Part shown: piece by piece, positions 33,407 through 42,795 of the stretch | Numbering within the stretch: position 1 is the first letter of the stretch | Layout: each line of letters opens with the position of its first letter | Assembly (NCBI GenBank): GCA_041665345.1 | Contig: JBAYJA010000001.1 | Coordinates: 329,206-393,205 of the forward strand | From: Patescibacteria group bacterium | GTDB taxonomy: Bacteria; Patescibacteriota; Patescibacteriia; PEXW01 | DNA length: 64,000 nt | Direction of reading: 5' to 3' | Made by a program: the position numbers and the translations under genes | The notes under the pieces: model-generated | Seen by the model: only the letters and a program-made list of their open reading frames with translations | What the model was told of the DNA's origin: nothing | The model's database searches: none

Positions 33407-36400
33407 ATGCCCCTGTTGCCAACCCTGAACCCTGCCCAAAAGCAAGCGATAACCCACACGGCTGGGCCGCTTTTGATTGTGGCAGGCGCGGGCACGGGCA
33501 AGACGACGGTGGTGACCCAGCGCATTGCCTGGCTCATTACCGAGCAGAAGGTCAAGCCGGACCACATTCTGGCCCTCACCTTCACGGACAAGGCGGCTGG
33601 GGAAATGGAGGAGCGGGTGGACAAGCTGCTGCCCATGGGCTACGTGGATTTGTGGGTGAGCACGTTCCACAGCTATTGCGAGCGGGTGCTGCGGGACCAC
33701 GCCTTGGATATTGGTCTGAGCCCGGACTTCACTTTGCTGGATGAAACTGACCAAGCGATTCTGATGCGGGAGAATTTGGAGAAGTTTGAACTCAACTACT
33801 ACCGACCGCTGGGCAATCCCACCAAATTTGTGACGAGTTTGATTTCCCATTTTTCACGGTGCAAGGATGAAGCTATTCGACCTGAGGAATACTTGAAGTT
33901 TGCGGAGAAGGTGAAACTTGATTTGGATCAGGTGCATGGCCGCAAAAAGAAATCAGAGGATGATGCCGCGCAGATAGTAGAAGCGGAGAGGATAAACGAA
34001 GTAGCAAATGCGTATCATACATATCAACAGTTATTGTTTGAAAAAAGCTGCTTGGATTTTGGTGACCTTATCACACAGACGCTGTATCTGTTCCAGCAGC
34101 GGCCAAAGATTTTGCAGCGGTACCAGGAGCAGTTCCAGTACGTGCTGGTGGATGAATTCCAAGACACCAACTGGGCGCAGTACGAGCTGGTGAAGATGCT
34201 GGCCGCGCCCAAGAACAATTTGACCGTGGTGGGGGATGATGACCAGAGCATTTACAAATTCCGTGGCGCCAGCGTGGCCAACATTCTGGCGTTCAAGAAA
34301 GACTACCCCAAGGCAAAGGAAGTGGTGCTGACTGAAAATTACCGCAGCACGCAGAACATTCTGGATTTGGCGTATAAATTTATCCAGCACAATAATCCGA
34401 ATCGATTGGAAGTACAGATGCAGAGCCGTAAAGCCGTAAGCCGTAGAGCTGTAAGTTCTGAGGGGAAGAAGGGACAGGGGATAAGTAAAAAACTCGTCGC
34501 ACAGTCAGAAGACACTGGCGAAATTGGGGTGTGGCAAATGCCGACGTTGGAGCAGGAGGCGAGTGCGGTGGTGGAAAAAATAATCGAACTTAAGAAAAAA
34601 AATGCTGAGAGCTCGTACAATGATTTTGCCGTGCTGGTGCGCGCCAATGACCATGCCACGCCGTTTCTGCAGCGGCTAAAGGCGGCAAATGTGCCGTTCC
34701 AGTTTTTGGCCTCGGCTGGGCTGTACCGCCAACCAATTATTTTGGACATTCTGAATTACCTGAAGCTCTTGGACAACTACCACGAGACTGCGAGCTTGTA
34801 CCGGATTCTCACCTTGCCCTTGCTAGCCATTCCTTTGCCAGATGTGATGCACATGCTGGCAGTGGCCAAGCGGGAAACCAAGTCCTTGTTCGACATTACT
34901 AAGCAAGCGCGGGCGCTCACCAGTTTGCAGCCGGCCACCATTGCATCGGTGGAAATTTTGCACGGGTGGTTGGAAGCGCACAGCCAGCTGGCGCGCACGC
35001 AGCCAGTGGGGGAAGTCACCCTGAAGTTCTTGGAAGACTCCGGCATGCTGCAGCAAATTACCGGCACCACGGATGCGGAGCATTTGGAGCAGGTGGGTTT
35101 TGTGAACCAGCTCTTCCAAGTGTTCCACAGTTTCCAGAGCCGGCACGCAGACCCTACGGTGGCTAATTTTTTGCGGGAGCTGGCTTTTGCCCAGGATGCT
35201 GGCGATGCTGGAACACTCAAGCCCCCGGAATGGGAGCAGGGGCCAGAGGCCGTGAAAGTCATGACTGTGCACGGGGCTAAGGGCTTGGAATTTCCGTACG
35301 TGTTCATTGTGAATTTAGTGGACAAGCGTTTCCCAACCGTGGAGCGGCGCGAACCCATTGCCATACCAGATCCGCTGGTGCGAGAAAAAGTACCGGAGGG
35401 GGACTGGCATGTGCAGGAAGAGCGCCGGTTGTTTTACGTGGGTATCACCCGGGCCAAGCGCGGCGTCTTCTTCCTGATGGCGGAGGACTACGGCGGCAGT
35501 CGAAAGAAAAAGCCTTCGCGTTTCATTCCAGAACTCGGAGTGCAGATTGTGTCGAAGCAGGTCCAAGGCAAACTCACCGAAGCACCCACGCAAGCACCGG
35601 GCCGCGTGGATGATGATCACGCCTTGCTGCGCCAGGCCATTCCGGCGGCATTCAGCTTCACACAAATTAAAGCGTTTGAAAATTGCCCTAAGCAGTACAA
35701 GTACGCGCACCTGCTGAAAATCCCGGTGCCGGGCCACGCGTCTTTAAGCTTTGGCCAAACCATCCACAACACTTTGCTCAACTTCTTCAAACTGGCGCGG
35801 GAGCGGAGCATCACTGGCCAAGCAGATTTGTTTGGGACCAAGCCAACGGTCGCGTCAGACAAGCCAGCTGTGAGTTGGGCTGAGCTGCAAGAGTTGTACA
35901 AAGCCGCGTGGATTGACCAGTGGTATGCGAATGTGAAGCAGAAGCAGGAGTACAAGCAGCGCGGCGTGCAGTTTCTCAAAAACTTCTACGACAGTTTGCC
36001 CACGCCCTGGCCGCAGCCTGTGGAACTGGAAAAAGGTTTTACCATTGCCATTGGCGGGCACAAACTACGCGGAAAAATTGACCGCATTGACCCAGCCAGT
36101 GGGGGCATTGCCATTCTGGATTACAAGACCAGCGAGAAACCGCCAACGGATCCAAGCAAAGCAGACCTGGAGCAGCTTCACCTGTACGCCATTGCCGCGC
36201 GGGAAGCCCTGGGCAAAAATCCGGTGAGCTTATCGTACATCTACCTAGCCACGGACAAACCCTACACCTACCCAATTGATGAGGCAGCCATTGCGAAAAC
36301 TAAGGCCAAGGTGGAGGGGACCATTGCCGCAATCCTGGCTAGTAACTTCAAAGCCACCCCAGCCAAGCACATTTGCGACCACTGTGATTTCCGGAATATT

Positions 36401-36424
36401 TGCGAGGATCGGTGGCGGGGATGA
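33407..36424 (+). CDS. UvrD/PcrA-type helicase fused to a C-terminal PD-(D/E)xK Cas4/AddB-like nuclease (AddA/RecB-like)
   Basis: N-terminal LNPAQKQAITHTAGPLLIVAGAGTGKTT (helicase motif I), further UvrD motifs, C-terminal ILDYKTSEKP...HLYAIAA...CDHCDFRNIC (nuclease with Cys cluster). Confidence 0.85.
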   Translation: MPLLPTLNPAQKQAITHTAGPLLIVAGAGTGKTTVVTQRIAWLITEQKVKPDHILALTFTDKAAGEMEERVDKLLPMGYVDLWVSTFHSYCERVLRDHALDIGLSPDFTLLDETDQAILMRENLEKFELNYYRPLGNPTKFVTSLISHFSRCKDEAIRPEEYLKFAEKVKLDLDQVHGRKKKSEDDAAQIVEAERINEVANAYHTYQQLLFEKSCLDFGDLITQTLYLFQQRPKILQRYQEQFQYVLVDEFQDTNWAQYELVKMLAAPKNNLTVVGDDDQSIYKFRGASVANILAFKKDYPKAKEVVLTENYRSTQNILDLAYKFIQHNNPNRLEVQMQSRKAVSRRAVSSEGKKGQGISKKLVAQSEDTGEIGVWQMPTLEQEASAVVEKIIELKKKNAESSYNDFAVLVRANDHATPFLQRLKAANVPFQFLASAGLYRQPIILDILNYLKLLDNYHETASLYRILTLPLLAIPLPDVMHMLAVAKRETKSLFDITKQARALTSLQPATIASVEILHGWLEAHSQLARTQPVGEVTLKFLEDSGMLQQITGTTDAEHLEQVGFVNQLFQVFHSFQSRHADPTVANFLRELAFAQDAGDAGTLKPPEWEQGPEAVKVMTVHGAKGLEFPYVFIVNLVDKRFPTVERREPIAIPDPLVREKVPEGDWHVQEERRLFYVGITRAKRGVFFLMAEDYGGSRKKKPSRFIPELGVQIVSKQVQGKLTEAPTQAPGRVDDDHALLRQAIPAAFSFTQIKAFENCPKQYKYAHLLKIPVPGHASLSFGQTIHNTLLNFFKLARERSITGQADLFGTKPTVASDKPAVSWAELQELYKAAWIDQWYANVKQKQEYKQRGVQFLKNFYDSLPTPWPQPVELEKGFTIAIGGHKLRGKIDRIDPASGGIAILDYKTSEKPPTDPSKADLEQLHLYAIAAREALGKNPVSLSYIYLATDKPYTYPIDEAAIAKTKAKVEGTIAAILASNFKATPAKHICDHCDFRNICEDRWRG

Positions 36425-36565
36425 AGCGGCAATCGGAATAGGTGGTCGCAGCCCGTATCGGTTCACGTTTTCGTAGGACGATATACGATACCTGCCTGCG
36501 CGAAGCCGCTTCGGCGAAGGCGGGCGGGTGGCGAAACCGTTCACCGTATGCCGAATTAGTATCAG

Positions 36566-36653
36566 TAGGGGAGGTGCAGGGTTTGGGTGTGGCGGCGTGT
36601 GGGGTTTGAGAGTGTAGATTGAAGTATGGATGGAGGGTTTGGAGGGAGGGTAG
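36566..36653 (+). repeat. G+T-rich, C-poor low-complexity tract (about 90 nt)
   Basis: gtaggggaggtgcagggtttgggtgtgg...ggagggtttggagggagggtag; strong strand compositional skew. Confidence 0.6.
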
Positions 36654-36675
36654 TCAAAGAATAATTATGACAAAG

Positions 36676-36705
36676 TGGGTAGCCCGGGTCCCTTGACCCG
36701 GGCAG
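36676..36705 (+). repeat. 30-nt palindromic repeat, copy 1
   Basis: gtgggtagcccgggtc-cctt-gacccgggca with a perfect 9-bp stem; second copy at 51388. Confidence 0.8.
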
Positions 36706-36802
36706 ATATCAGACGAAGGAGCTCTTGTTTGAACCCTACAATAGAGCTACCGTTATATTGGTAATTGACAGCACTGTGCGTTCTTACGCTTAACTGAAAA
36801 GT

Positions 36803-37639
36803 ATGGAAAACGAGCGATTTATTCCAGGAGAAGCAAAACCCAGAGATAAAGAGCTACGTGTGCCACTGGAAGACGAGGCTGCACAGTTGCAGGCGGTTGC
36901 CGAACGCGTGGGCATGTTACGGAAGTTCCGAGAGAGTAAGTGGGTGAAGCGGCTTATCCTCATTGCCGGCTTGCTTGCAGGTGGCGAAGGTGCACTGGCC
37001 AGTAGCACAACTGAGCGTGGGGCTGCCCCGGATACGGCAAAGGTAGAGCAACTGCAGAGTCAGGTGAAGGAATCCATTGCTGAAGCAAAGGAGTCAGTTG
37101 CAGTTATTGACCAGTACGTTCGTGCGCATCCAGATCAGAAATTTCAAGCAGAGTATTTAGGTAAAGCATCAGCGGAATTTCGTAAGCAAATTGGAAATGT
37201 GGAAGTGACTGTTAACGACTTCTTCACCATGGCGGTAATGGTGGATACCAGTGCTACGGGTGAGATCAAGACGAAGTACGCCTTTGACAAAGGGAGTGAT
37301 GGCTCACTGGAAAGTGTGGTCATGGTACCCGGGGAGTTATCCAAGGATGATCGTGCGATGGCGGTGTTAGATATCGATGCAGATCCGAATTCCCTAGAGA
37401 CCAAGGTTGGTATGGCTGATTTGATGTTCGAAGATGAACGGGGTACGCCTTTCAACAATCGTGGCATCTTTGTGGTCAACCCAAATGCTTCTGAAGGGCG
37501 ACGAGTCTTCGTTGGTTCATACAGGGATGGCAACTCTGGGTACATGGATGATGCCACAGAACTGAAACTGCAGCATTTGTGGGAGGGCATGACACATGCT
37601 ATTCGTGCGGATATTGAAACAGCTCAGCCTGGAAAATAA
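36803..37639 (+). CDS. hypothetical protein with N-terminal coiled-coil and one TM
   Basis: 278-aa ORF, no recognised domain. Confidence 0.45.
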   Translation: MENERFIPGEAKPRDKELRVPLEDEAAQLQAVAERVGMLRKFRESKWVKRLILIAGLLAGGEGALASSTTERGAAPDTAKVEQLQSQVKESIAEAKESVAVIDQYVRAHPDQKFQAEYLGKASAEFRKQIGNVEVTVNDFFTMAVMVDTSATGEIKTKYAFDKGSDGSLESVVMVPGELSKDDRAMAVLDIDADPNSLETKVGMADLMFEDERGTPFNNRGIFVVNPNASEGRRVFVGSYRDGNSGYMDDATELKLQHLWEGMTHAIRADIETAQPGK

Positions 37640-37718
37640 CCAGAATATATAGCCTGTCATTAAGGAGCAAGTTTATATTTACAACAGTTGTTAGTTTCAA
37701 TCTTTAACCAACAAGCAT

Positions 37719-38066
37719 ATGGGTGGAGAAGGCGAAACAGGGTACGTGCCAGAAAACGAAGACGTAAAAGCAGGTGGGTACATGACGGCGAAACGAGCGG
37801 TAGAGCAAATCGTCAACGCGGATCAGAGTATAAATATGAAGCCGTTTCAGTACGACGCAGAGAACGTGCAAGCGCGGTTGATTGAAATGGTGAACCATGA
37901 CCTTGCAGATAAAGGCCGGGGTGAGCTTGATCAAGACTCGCAGGATGCCATGGGGAATGCAGTCTCTGCTGCACTGGAGGACGGCAAGCTGAATGTGGAA
38001 ACCTTGCAGGCAAAAGTCGCAGAAGTGGTGAGCGCACACCTGGAAAAAGCTGGGGGAGCGGAGTAA
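37719..38066 (+). CDS. hypothetical acidic protein
   Basis: 115-aa ORF followed by a terminator. Confidence 0.4.
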   Translation: MGGEGETGYVPENEDVKAGGYMTAKRAVEQIVNADQSINMKPFQYDAENVQARLIEMVNHDLADKGRGELDQDSQDAMGNAVSAALEDGKLNVETLQAKVAEVVSAHLEKAGGAE

Positions 38067-38090
38067 GGACAATTTTGTATATATCAACAA

Positions 38091-38119
38091 AACCCACCTT
38101 TCCAAAGGCGGGTTTTTGG
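38091..38119 (+). terminator. rho-independent terminator
   Basis: cccacc-tttccaaa-ggcggg hairpin followed by TTTTT. Confidence 0.65.
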
Positions 38120-38168
38120 AACTCCTACCGTATCTGTGCTACTGTAGGGATGAAAGGAGGCGGGGCAT

Positions 38169-38468
38169 ATGTCTGGTTTTACCCCAATAAAATACACGTT
38201 GAATCGCAATATCCAGTCTTCCGGGATGCAAGATCAAGTGGACGCCGCCAGGAGCCTGGAGGTCTTTTCTGAGGTGTTAAAAGACATCATGGGTGAGGAT
38301 TTTGTGGATAAGGGGAAGGCGCTGTATTTGAAGAACCGGACCCTGACCATCTCCGTTACGTCGGCCGTGTACGGCCAGGAAATTAAACTCCAGGAGAAGA
38401 AAATTGTGGACGCCATGAATGCAAAATTGCAGGGTACCTTGGTGGAACGGCTGCGCTTTTTGGCCTAG
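38169..38468 (+). CDS. DUF721 (DciA-like) protein
   Basis: About 100 aa; pattern resembles DUF721 proteins, which are often found near gyrB/dnaN. Confidence 0.45.
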   Translation: MSGFTPIKYTLNRNIQSSGMQDQVDAARSLEVFSEVLKDIMGEDFVDKGKALYLKNRTLTISVTSAVYGQEIKLQEKKIVDAMNAKLQGTLVERLRFLA

Positions 38469-38525
38469 GAAAAACTGCCAGAATGTGGTATATTTTTAGG
38501 GACGAACGTCCCATTTTTTGTATCT

Positions 38526-38921
38526 ATGAGTCTTCAGAAATACTTGCTTTTTTTCTGCTTGGCCACCCTGTTTTCCTGGCTGGCCTGGCTCATCGTCCTC
38601 ACGCAGCTTAACCCGGATGTAAACCGGAGCATCACGGTCATGGCATTTAGCCTGTCCTTGGGTTTTGCCGTGGCTGGAACCGTGACGCTCTTTGGCTTTG
38701 GGGTGCGCGCGTGGTTTGGGAAAAACGTGGTGCTCTTCCGCGCTTTGCAAACCTCGGTGCGGCAGGGTGTCATTGTTGCGGTTTTCGTGGAAGCCCTGCT
38801 GGTACTGCAAGCCATGCGCTGGTTTGCCTGGTGGAATGCGGTTCCACTCACCCTGTTTTTCATTCTGCTAGAAGCGTTCTTCCTGGCGCAGGAAAATGCT
38901 GGTGAACGGCAAACCCGATGA
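38526..38921 (+). CDS. 4-TM membrane protein
   Basis: 131 aa hydrophobic; stop overlaps the pheS start. Confidence 0.5.
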   Translation: MSLQKYLLFFCLATLFSWLAWLIVLTQLNPDVNRSITVMAFSLSLGFAVAGTVTLFGFGVRAWFGKNVVLFRALQTSVRQGVIVAVFVEALLVLQAMRWFAWWNAVPLTLFFILLEAFFLAQENAGERQTR

Positions 38922-39940
38922 AAGACCAACTAGAAAAACTGCAAGCAGACATGCTGCAAGCCTTGAGCAAGGCTGCGGACGCAAAAACCGTGGATGCCTT
39001 GGAAGTGCAGGCTTTGGGCCGGAAAGGCGCCTTGGCGCAGCTGCTGGCCAAGATTCCTGACCTGCAACCAGAGGAGCGTGCGGGGGTTGGAACCCTCGCT
39101 AGTAAGGTGCGCGCTGCACTCACCCAGGCCATCATTGCTGCACGGTCTCGGCTTGCAGCAGTGCAACCCGCGCAAACGCAGTTTGACCCAACCTGGCCCG
39201 GGGTCATGCCCAGCATTGGCCATGCGCACCCGGTTGCCGCCTTTGTGGACACCGCGGTGGAGTTTTTCACGCGTCTGGGCTACGACGTGGCCGACGGCCC
39301 GGAAGTGGAAACTGCTGCGTACAATTTTGACAAGCTCAACATTCCCGCAGACCACCCCAGCCGGGATTTGTGGGACACGTACTACGTGCAGTCCAAAGGC
39401 GCAAACCCGCTTCTGCTCCGCACGCACACGTCGCCGGTGCAGCTGCGGTACCTGGAAAGCCATAAACCTCCTGTGTACGTCATGTGCCCAGGCCGGGTCT
39501 ACCGCCACGAAGCCACTGACGCCGGGCACGAGACCACCTTCACCCAAATTGAAGGTTTGGCCATTGACCGCAACCTGCACGTGACAGACTTGATTGGTAC
39601 GCTCACGGCTTTTCTGCGGCACACCTTTGGCAAAGTCAAAACTCGCGTGCGGCCACACTACTACCCCTTCGTGGAACCAGGGATGGACGTGGACATGTCC
39701 TGCCTGCTCTGCGGCGGCAAAGGCTGCGCCGTGTGCAAGCAATCTGGCTGGTTGGAAATGCTGGGTGCGGGTATGGTGCATCCTACAGTCCTGCGTATCA
39801 TGCATGTGGATCCCAAGAAATTCTCCGGCTTCGCCTTTGGCATGGGCGTGGAACGCTTGGTCATGCTCAAGCATGGCATTTCCGATGTCCGCCAGTTCCT
39901 CAGCGGTGACCTACGCTTTCTCCAGCAGTTTCACTCTTAA
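38918..39940 (+). CDS. pheS: phenylalanine--tRNA ligase alpha subunit
   Basis: Class II aaRS motifs: ...LRTHTSPVQ..., ...RPHYYPFVEPGMDVD..., GAGMVHPTVL, FAFGMGVERL. Confidence 0.92.
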   Translation: MKDQLEKLQADMLQALSKAADAKTVDALEVQALGRKGALAQLLAKIPDLQPEERAGVGTLASKVRAALTQAIIAARSRLAAVQPAQTQFDPTWPGVMPSIGHAHPVAAFVDTAVEFFTRLGYDVADGPEVETAAYNFDKLNIPADHPSRDLWDTYYVQSKGANPLLLRTHTSPVQLRYLESHKPPVYVMCPGRVYRHEATDAGHETTFTQIEGLAIDRNLHVTDLIGTLTAFLRHTFGKVKTRVRPHYYPFVEPGMDVDMSCLLCGGKGCAVCKQSGWLEMLGAGMVHPTVLRIMHVDPKKFSGFAFGMGVERLVMLKHGISDVRQFLSGDLRFLQQFHS

Positions 39941-39951
39941 GCACGCACTGT

Positions 39952-40374
39952 ATGCACGATCCAAAAGAATTCACCGCAGAGGAATCCTTGAGCCACGTTG
40001 AAGCTATTGAAGAAGCAGAAGAAGAATTACCCCCAGATGAGAAAGATTTGGAGCTTGAAAAGGAAATGGAGCTCACGGGCAAAGAGCAGGAGTGGGAGGA
40101 GCATCTCTTGCATGATTTAAAAGACTGGAAAGCTGCACGGTCTTCTCAACCTGTTGAGGCACAAGATGCAATTTTGCACATGAAAGCAAAGTTTGACCGG
40201 GATGATATTGTGCTCTACCACGCCTGGCAACAAGTGAAGAAGTCGCCCAGCCCGTACTTCCGGCAGAAATTTGGCAAACTCTTGCGGCATCGTTTGGAAA
40301 AATTTGACGATAAGCGAGATTCGAATGAGTACCGCTTGGCAAAGACGCTCCGGGCTATGCAGCCTGAAGAATAA
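39952..40374 (+). CDS. highly acidic hypothetical protein between pheS and pheT
   Basis: 140 aa, E/D-rich N-terminal half. Confidence 0.4.
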   Translation: MHDPKEFTAEESLSHVEAIEEAEEELPPDEKDLELEKEMELTGKEQEWEEHLLHDLKDWKAARSSQPVEAQDAILHMKAKFDRDDIVLYHAWQQVKKSPSPYFRQKFGKLLRHRLEKFDDKRDSNEYRLAKTLRAMQPEE

Positions 40375-40380
40375 TTTTTC

Positions 40381-42699
40381 ATGAAGCTCCCACTTTCCTG
40401 GCTCAAAGATTTCGTCTCGGTCCGGCTCTCGGTTGAGAAGCTGGCCGAAGCTTTGACGTTGTCTGGCTCGGAGGTGGAGAAAATTGAGCGCGGGCCAAAG
40501 TTGGACGGTGTGGTGGTTGGCCATGTGCTGAAAGTGGAGAAGCACCCAAATGCGGACCGGCTCCGCGTGTGTCAGGTGCAGGTGGACAGCAACGCACCCA
40601 AAACTATTGTCTGCGGTGCGCCCAACATTGCTGTGGGGCAGAAGGTACCCGTGGCGCAGCCAGGCACAACCTTGCCCAATGGACTGACTTTGGAAAAAGC
40701 CACCATCCGTGGGGTTGCTTCGGAGGGGATGGTATGCGCGGCGGACGAACTAGGTCTGGGTGAAGACCACACTGGTATACTCGTCCTCAACCCAGCGGCG
40801 AAGGTTGGTGCCCCAGCTGGCCAGTGGCTGGGGAGTGGGGATACGGTGCTGGATTTGGACATTACTCCCAACCGGGGTGACTGCTTGTCCATTCGCGGTC
40901 TGGCACGGGAAGTGGCTGCGCTCACTGGGCAGAAGGTGCACACTCCCGCGGTCACGTTCAAGGAAGGGAAAGGAAAAGCTGACGTGAAAGTGAAAATTGC
41001 TGACACCCGTGCCTGCCCAGAGTACATTGTTCGGGTTATTGATGGTGTACAAGTAGGGGAGTCACCAATGAAAATCCAAGACCGTTTACGCGCAGCTGGG
41101 CTCCGGCCAGTGAACGCAGTGGTGGATGCTACCAACTACGTGATGTTAGAACTTGGCCAGCCCTTGCACGCTTTTGATGGAAAGCATATCCAATCCATTG
41201 CTGTCCGCCGCGCCCAATCCAATGAATCCCTCACCACGCTGGATGGTATTCGGCGTTCGCTGGTGCAAAATGACATAGTCATCACTGATGGGAAAAAGCC
41301 CATTGCGCTGGCTGGGGTCATGGGCGCCGCGGAAACCAGCGTGAGTGATACTACTACAAGAATTATTTTGGAATCCGCGCGGTTTGACGCAATCAGCGTC
41401 CGGAAAACTGCACAGCGTTTAAGTTTGCGGTCTGATGCGTCCACCCGGTTTGAAAAAGGGATTGACCCCGCTCTGGCCGCGGAAGCCGTGGACCGCGCCG
41501 CTGCGTACATTGCAGAATGGTGCGGGGGTACTGTGCTGCGTGGCCGGGTACGCGCTGGGAAAACCAGCCTGGCTCCAAAACGCATTAGCGTTTCACTGGA
41601 TGCCATAAAAAAACTTTTGGGCGTAACAGTCTCTGCCAGTCAAGCCAAGAAATTGCTGGTCAGCCTCGGCTGCAAAGTTGCGGGCACCACCAAGCTGCTG
41701 CAAGTCACGCCGCCAACGTGGCGTTTGGATCTAGTCATCCCTGAGGATGTGATTGAAGAAATTGGTCGGTTGCTTGATTACAATACGTTTACCCCATCTT
41801 TACCCGTGATGCAGCAGCGCACGCCCACCTTCCCGCCTGAGTACCAGCTGGTGCGCGCAACCCGGCGGCGATTGGTTGCGGCCGGTTGCACCGAAGTTTC
41901 CACCTACAGTTTCTACGGCCAGCACTTGGCCCAAGCCTTTGCCTTGGCTGATGAGCCGCACATGGCCGTGGCCAACCCACTGAATCCAGACCAAGCCTTA
42001 CTCCGCCGTTCGCTCATGCCTTTGCTGCTCAGCGTTGCTGGGAAGCAGAGTGCAGACCGCGGCCAGCTCAGCATCTTTGACGTTGGCCGGGTGTTCTGGC
42101 CAACCTCCAGCAACCGGCCGCCAGAAGAGCGGCGCATGCTGGGCATGGTCGTTGTCGATCAAAAAGCCGACGCGTTCTTGCGGGTCAAAGGTTTAGTTGC
42201 GGATTTGTGCCACGCCATTGGTTTGCCAGATGTTCGCATCCACGCTTCCACCAATCGCTCCGCACGTATCCTGGCCGGGGCAGAACCCATTGGCATCATT
42301 GGCTGGGTGGGGGAGAAGTACGCCGCGGCAGCCAAACTGAAGCGACCCGCAGCGTTCTGCGAAATTGACCTGAGTTTGGTTGCAACCTTGCCCACGAATG
42401 GCCTGAAGGTGAAACCTGTCCCGCTGTACCCATCGGTCGAGCGGGACATTGCCTTGGTCTTGCCGGCAGGCAAGCTGGTCTCGCACGTTGACCTGGCCAG
42501 AACCATCCGCGCCGTGGACCCGCTCATCCTCTCGGTCAAGGGTTTTGACCGCTTCACCTTGCCGGATCAGCGCCTGAGCGTCGCCCTCCATATCACCTTC
42601 CAATCACCCGGAAAAAGCTTGACCGGACATGAAGTGCAGGCTATTCTGGACACAGTAACCCGCGCCGTTCGGGACGCATTTGGTGCTGAACTTCGGTAG
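40381..42699 (+). CDS. pheT: phenylalanine--tRNA ligase beta subunit
   Basis: MKLPLSWLKDFV start, tRNA-binding and B3/4 domains, 772 aa. Confidence 0.92.
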   Translation: MKLPLSWLKDFVSVRLSVEKLAEALTLSGSEVEKIERGPKLDGVVVGHVLKVEKHPNADRLRVCQVQVDSNAPKTIVCGAPNIAVGQKVPVAQPGTTLPNGLTLEKATIRGVASEGMVCAADELGLGEDHTGILVLNPAAKVGAPAGQWLGSGDTVLDLDITPNRGDCLSIRGLAREVAALTGQKVHTPAVTFKEGKGKADVKVKIADTRACPEYIVRVIDGVQVGESPMKIQDRLRAAGLRPVNAVVDATNYVMLELGQPLHAFDGKHIQSIAVRRAQSNESLTTLDGIRRSLVQNDIVITDGKKPIALAGVMGAAETSVSDTTTRIILESARFDAISVRKTAQRLSLRSDASTRFEKGIDPALAAEAVDRAAAYIAEWCGGTVLRGRVRAGKTSLAPKRISVSLDAIKKLLGVTVSASQAKKLLVSLGCKVAGTTKLLQVTPPTWRLDLVIPEDVIEEIGRLLDYNTFTPSLPVMQQRTPTFPPEYQLVRATRRRLVAAGCTEVSTYSFYGQHLAQAFALADEPHMAVANPLNPDQALLRRSLMPLLLSVAGKQSADRGQLSIFDVGRVFWPTSSNRPPEERRMLGMVVVDQKADAFLRVKGLVADLCHAIGLPDVRIHASTNRSARILAGAEPIGIIGWVGEKYAAAAKLKRPAAFCEIDLSLVATLPTNGLKVKPVPLYPSVERDIALVLPAGKLVSHVDLARTIRAVDPLILSVKGFDRFTLPDQRLSVALHITFQSPGKSLTGHEVQAILDTVTRAVRDAFGAELR

Positions 42700-42795
42700 T
42701 TACGAATTACGAAAATGGATACGAATGTACGAATTACGAATACCGTTGCGCCCCTCTCCCGCAAGGGGGAGAGGAGGCAATAAGCTTATAAATAT

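Noticed and set aside
38930-39874. 314-aa minus-strand ORF
   Set aside because: Antisense to pheS, which has unambiguous class II aaRS motifs.
42700-42760. Possible CRISPR-like repeats (tacgaat units)
   Set aside because: Units are 7-8 nt with no spacers of CRISPR size and no cas genes nearby.
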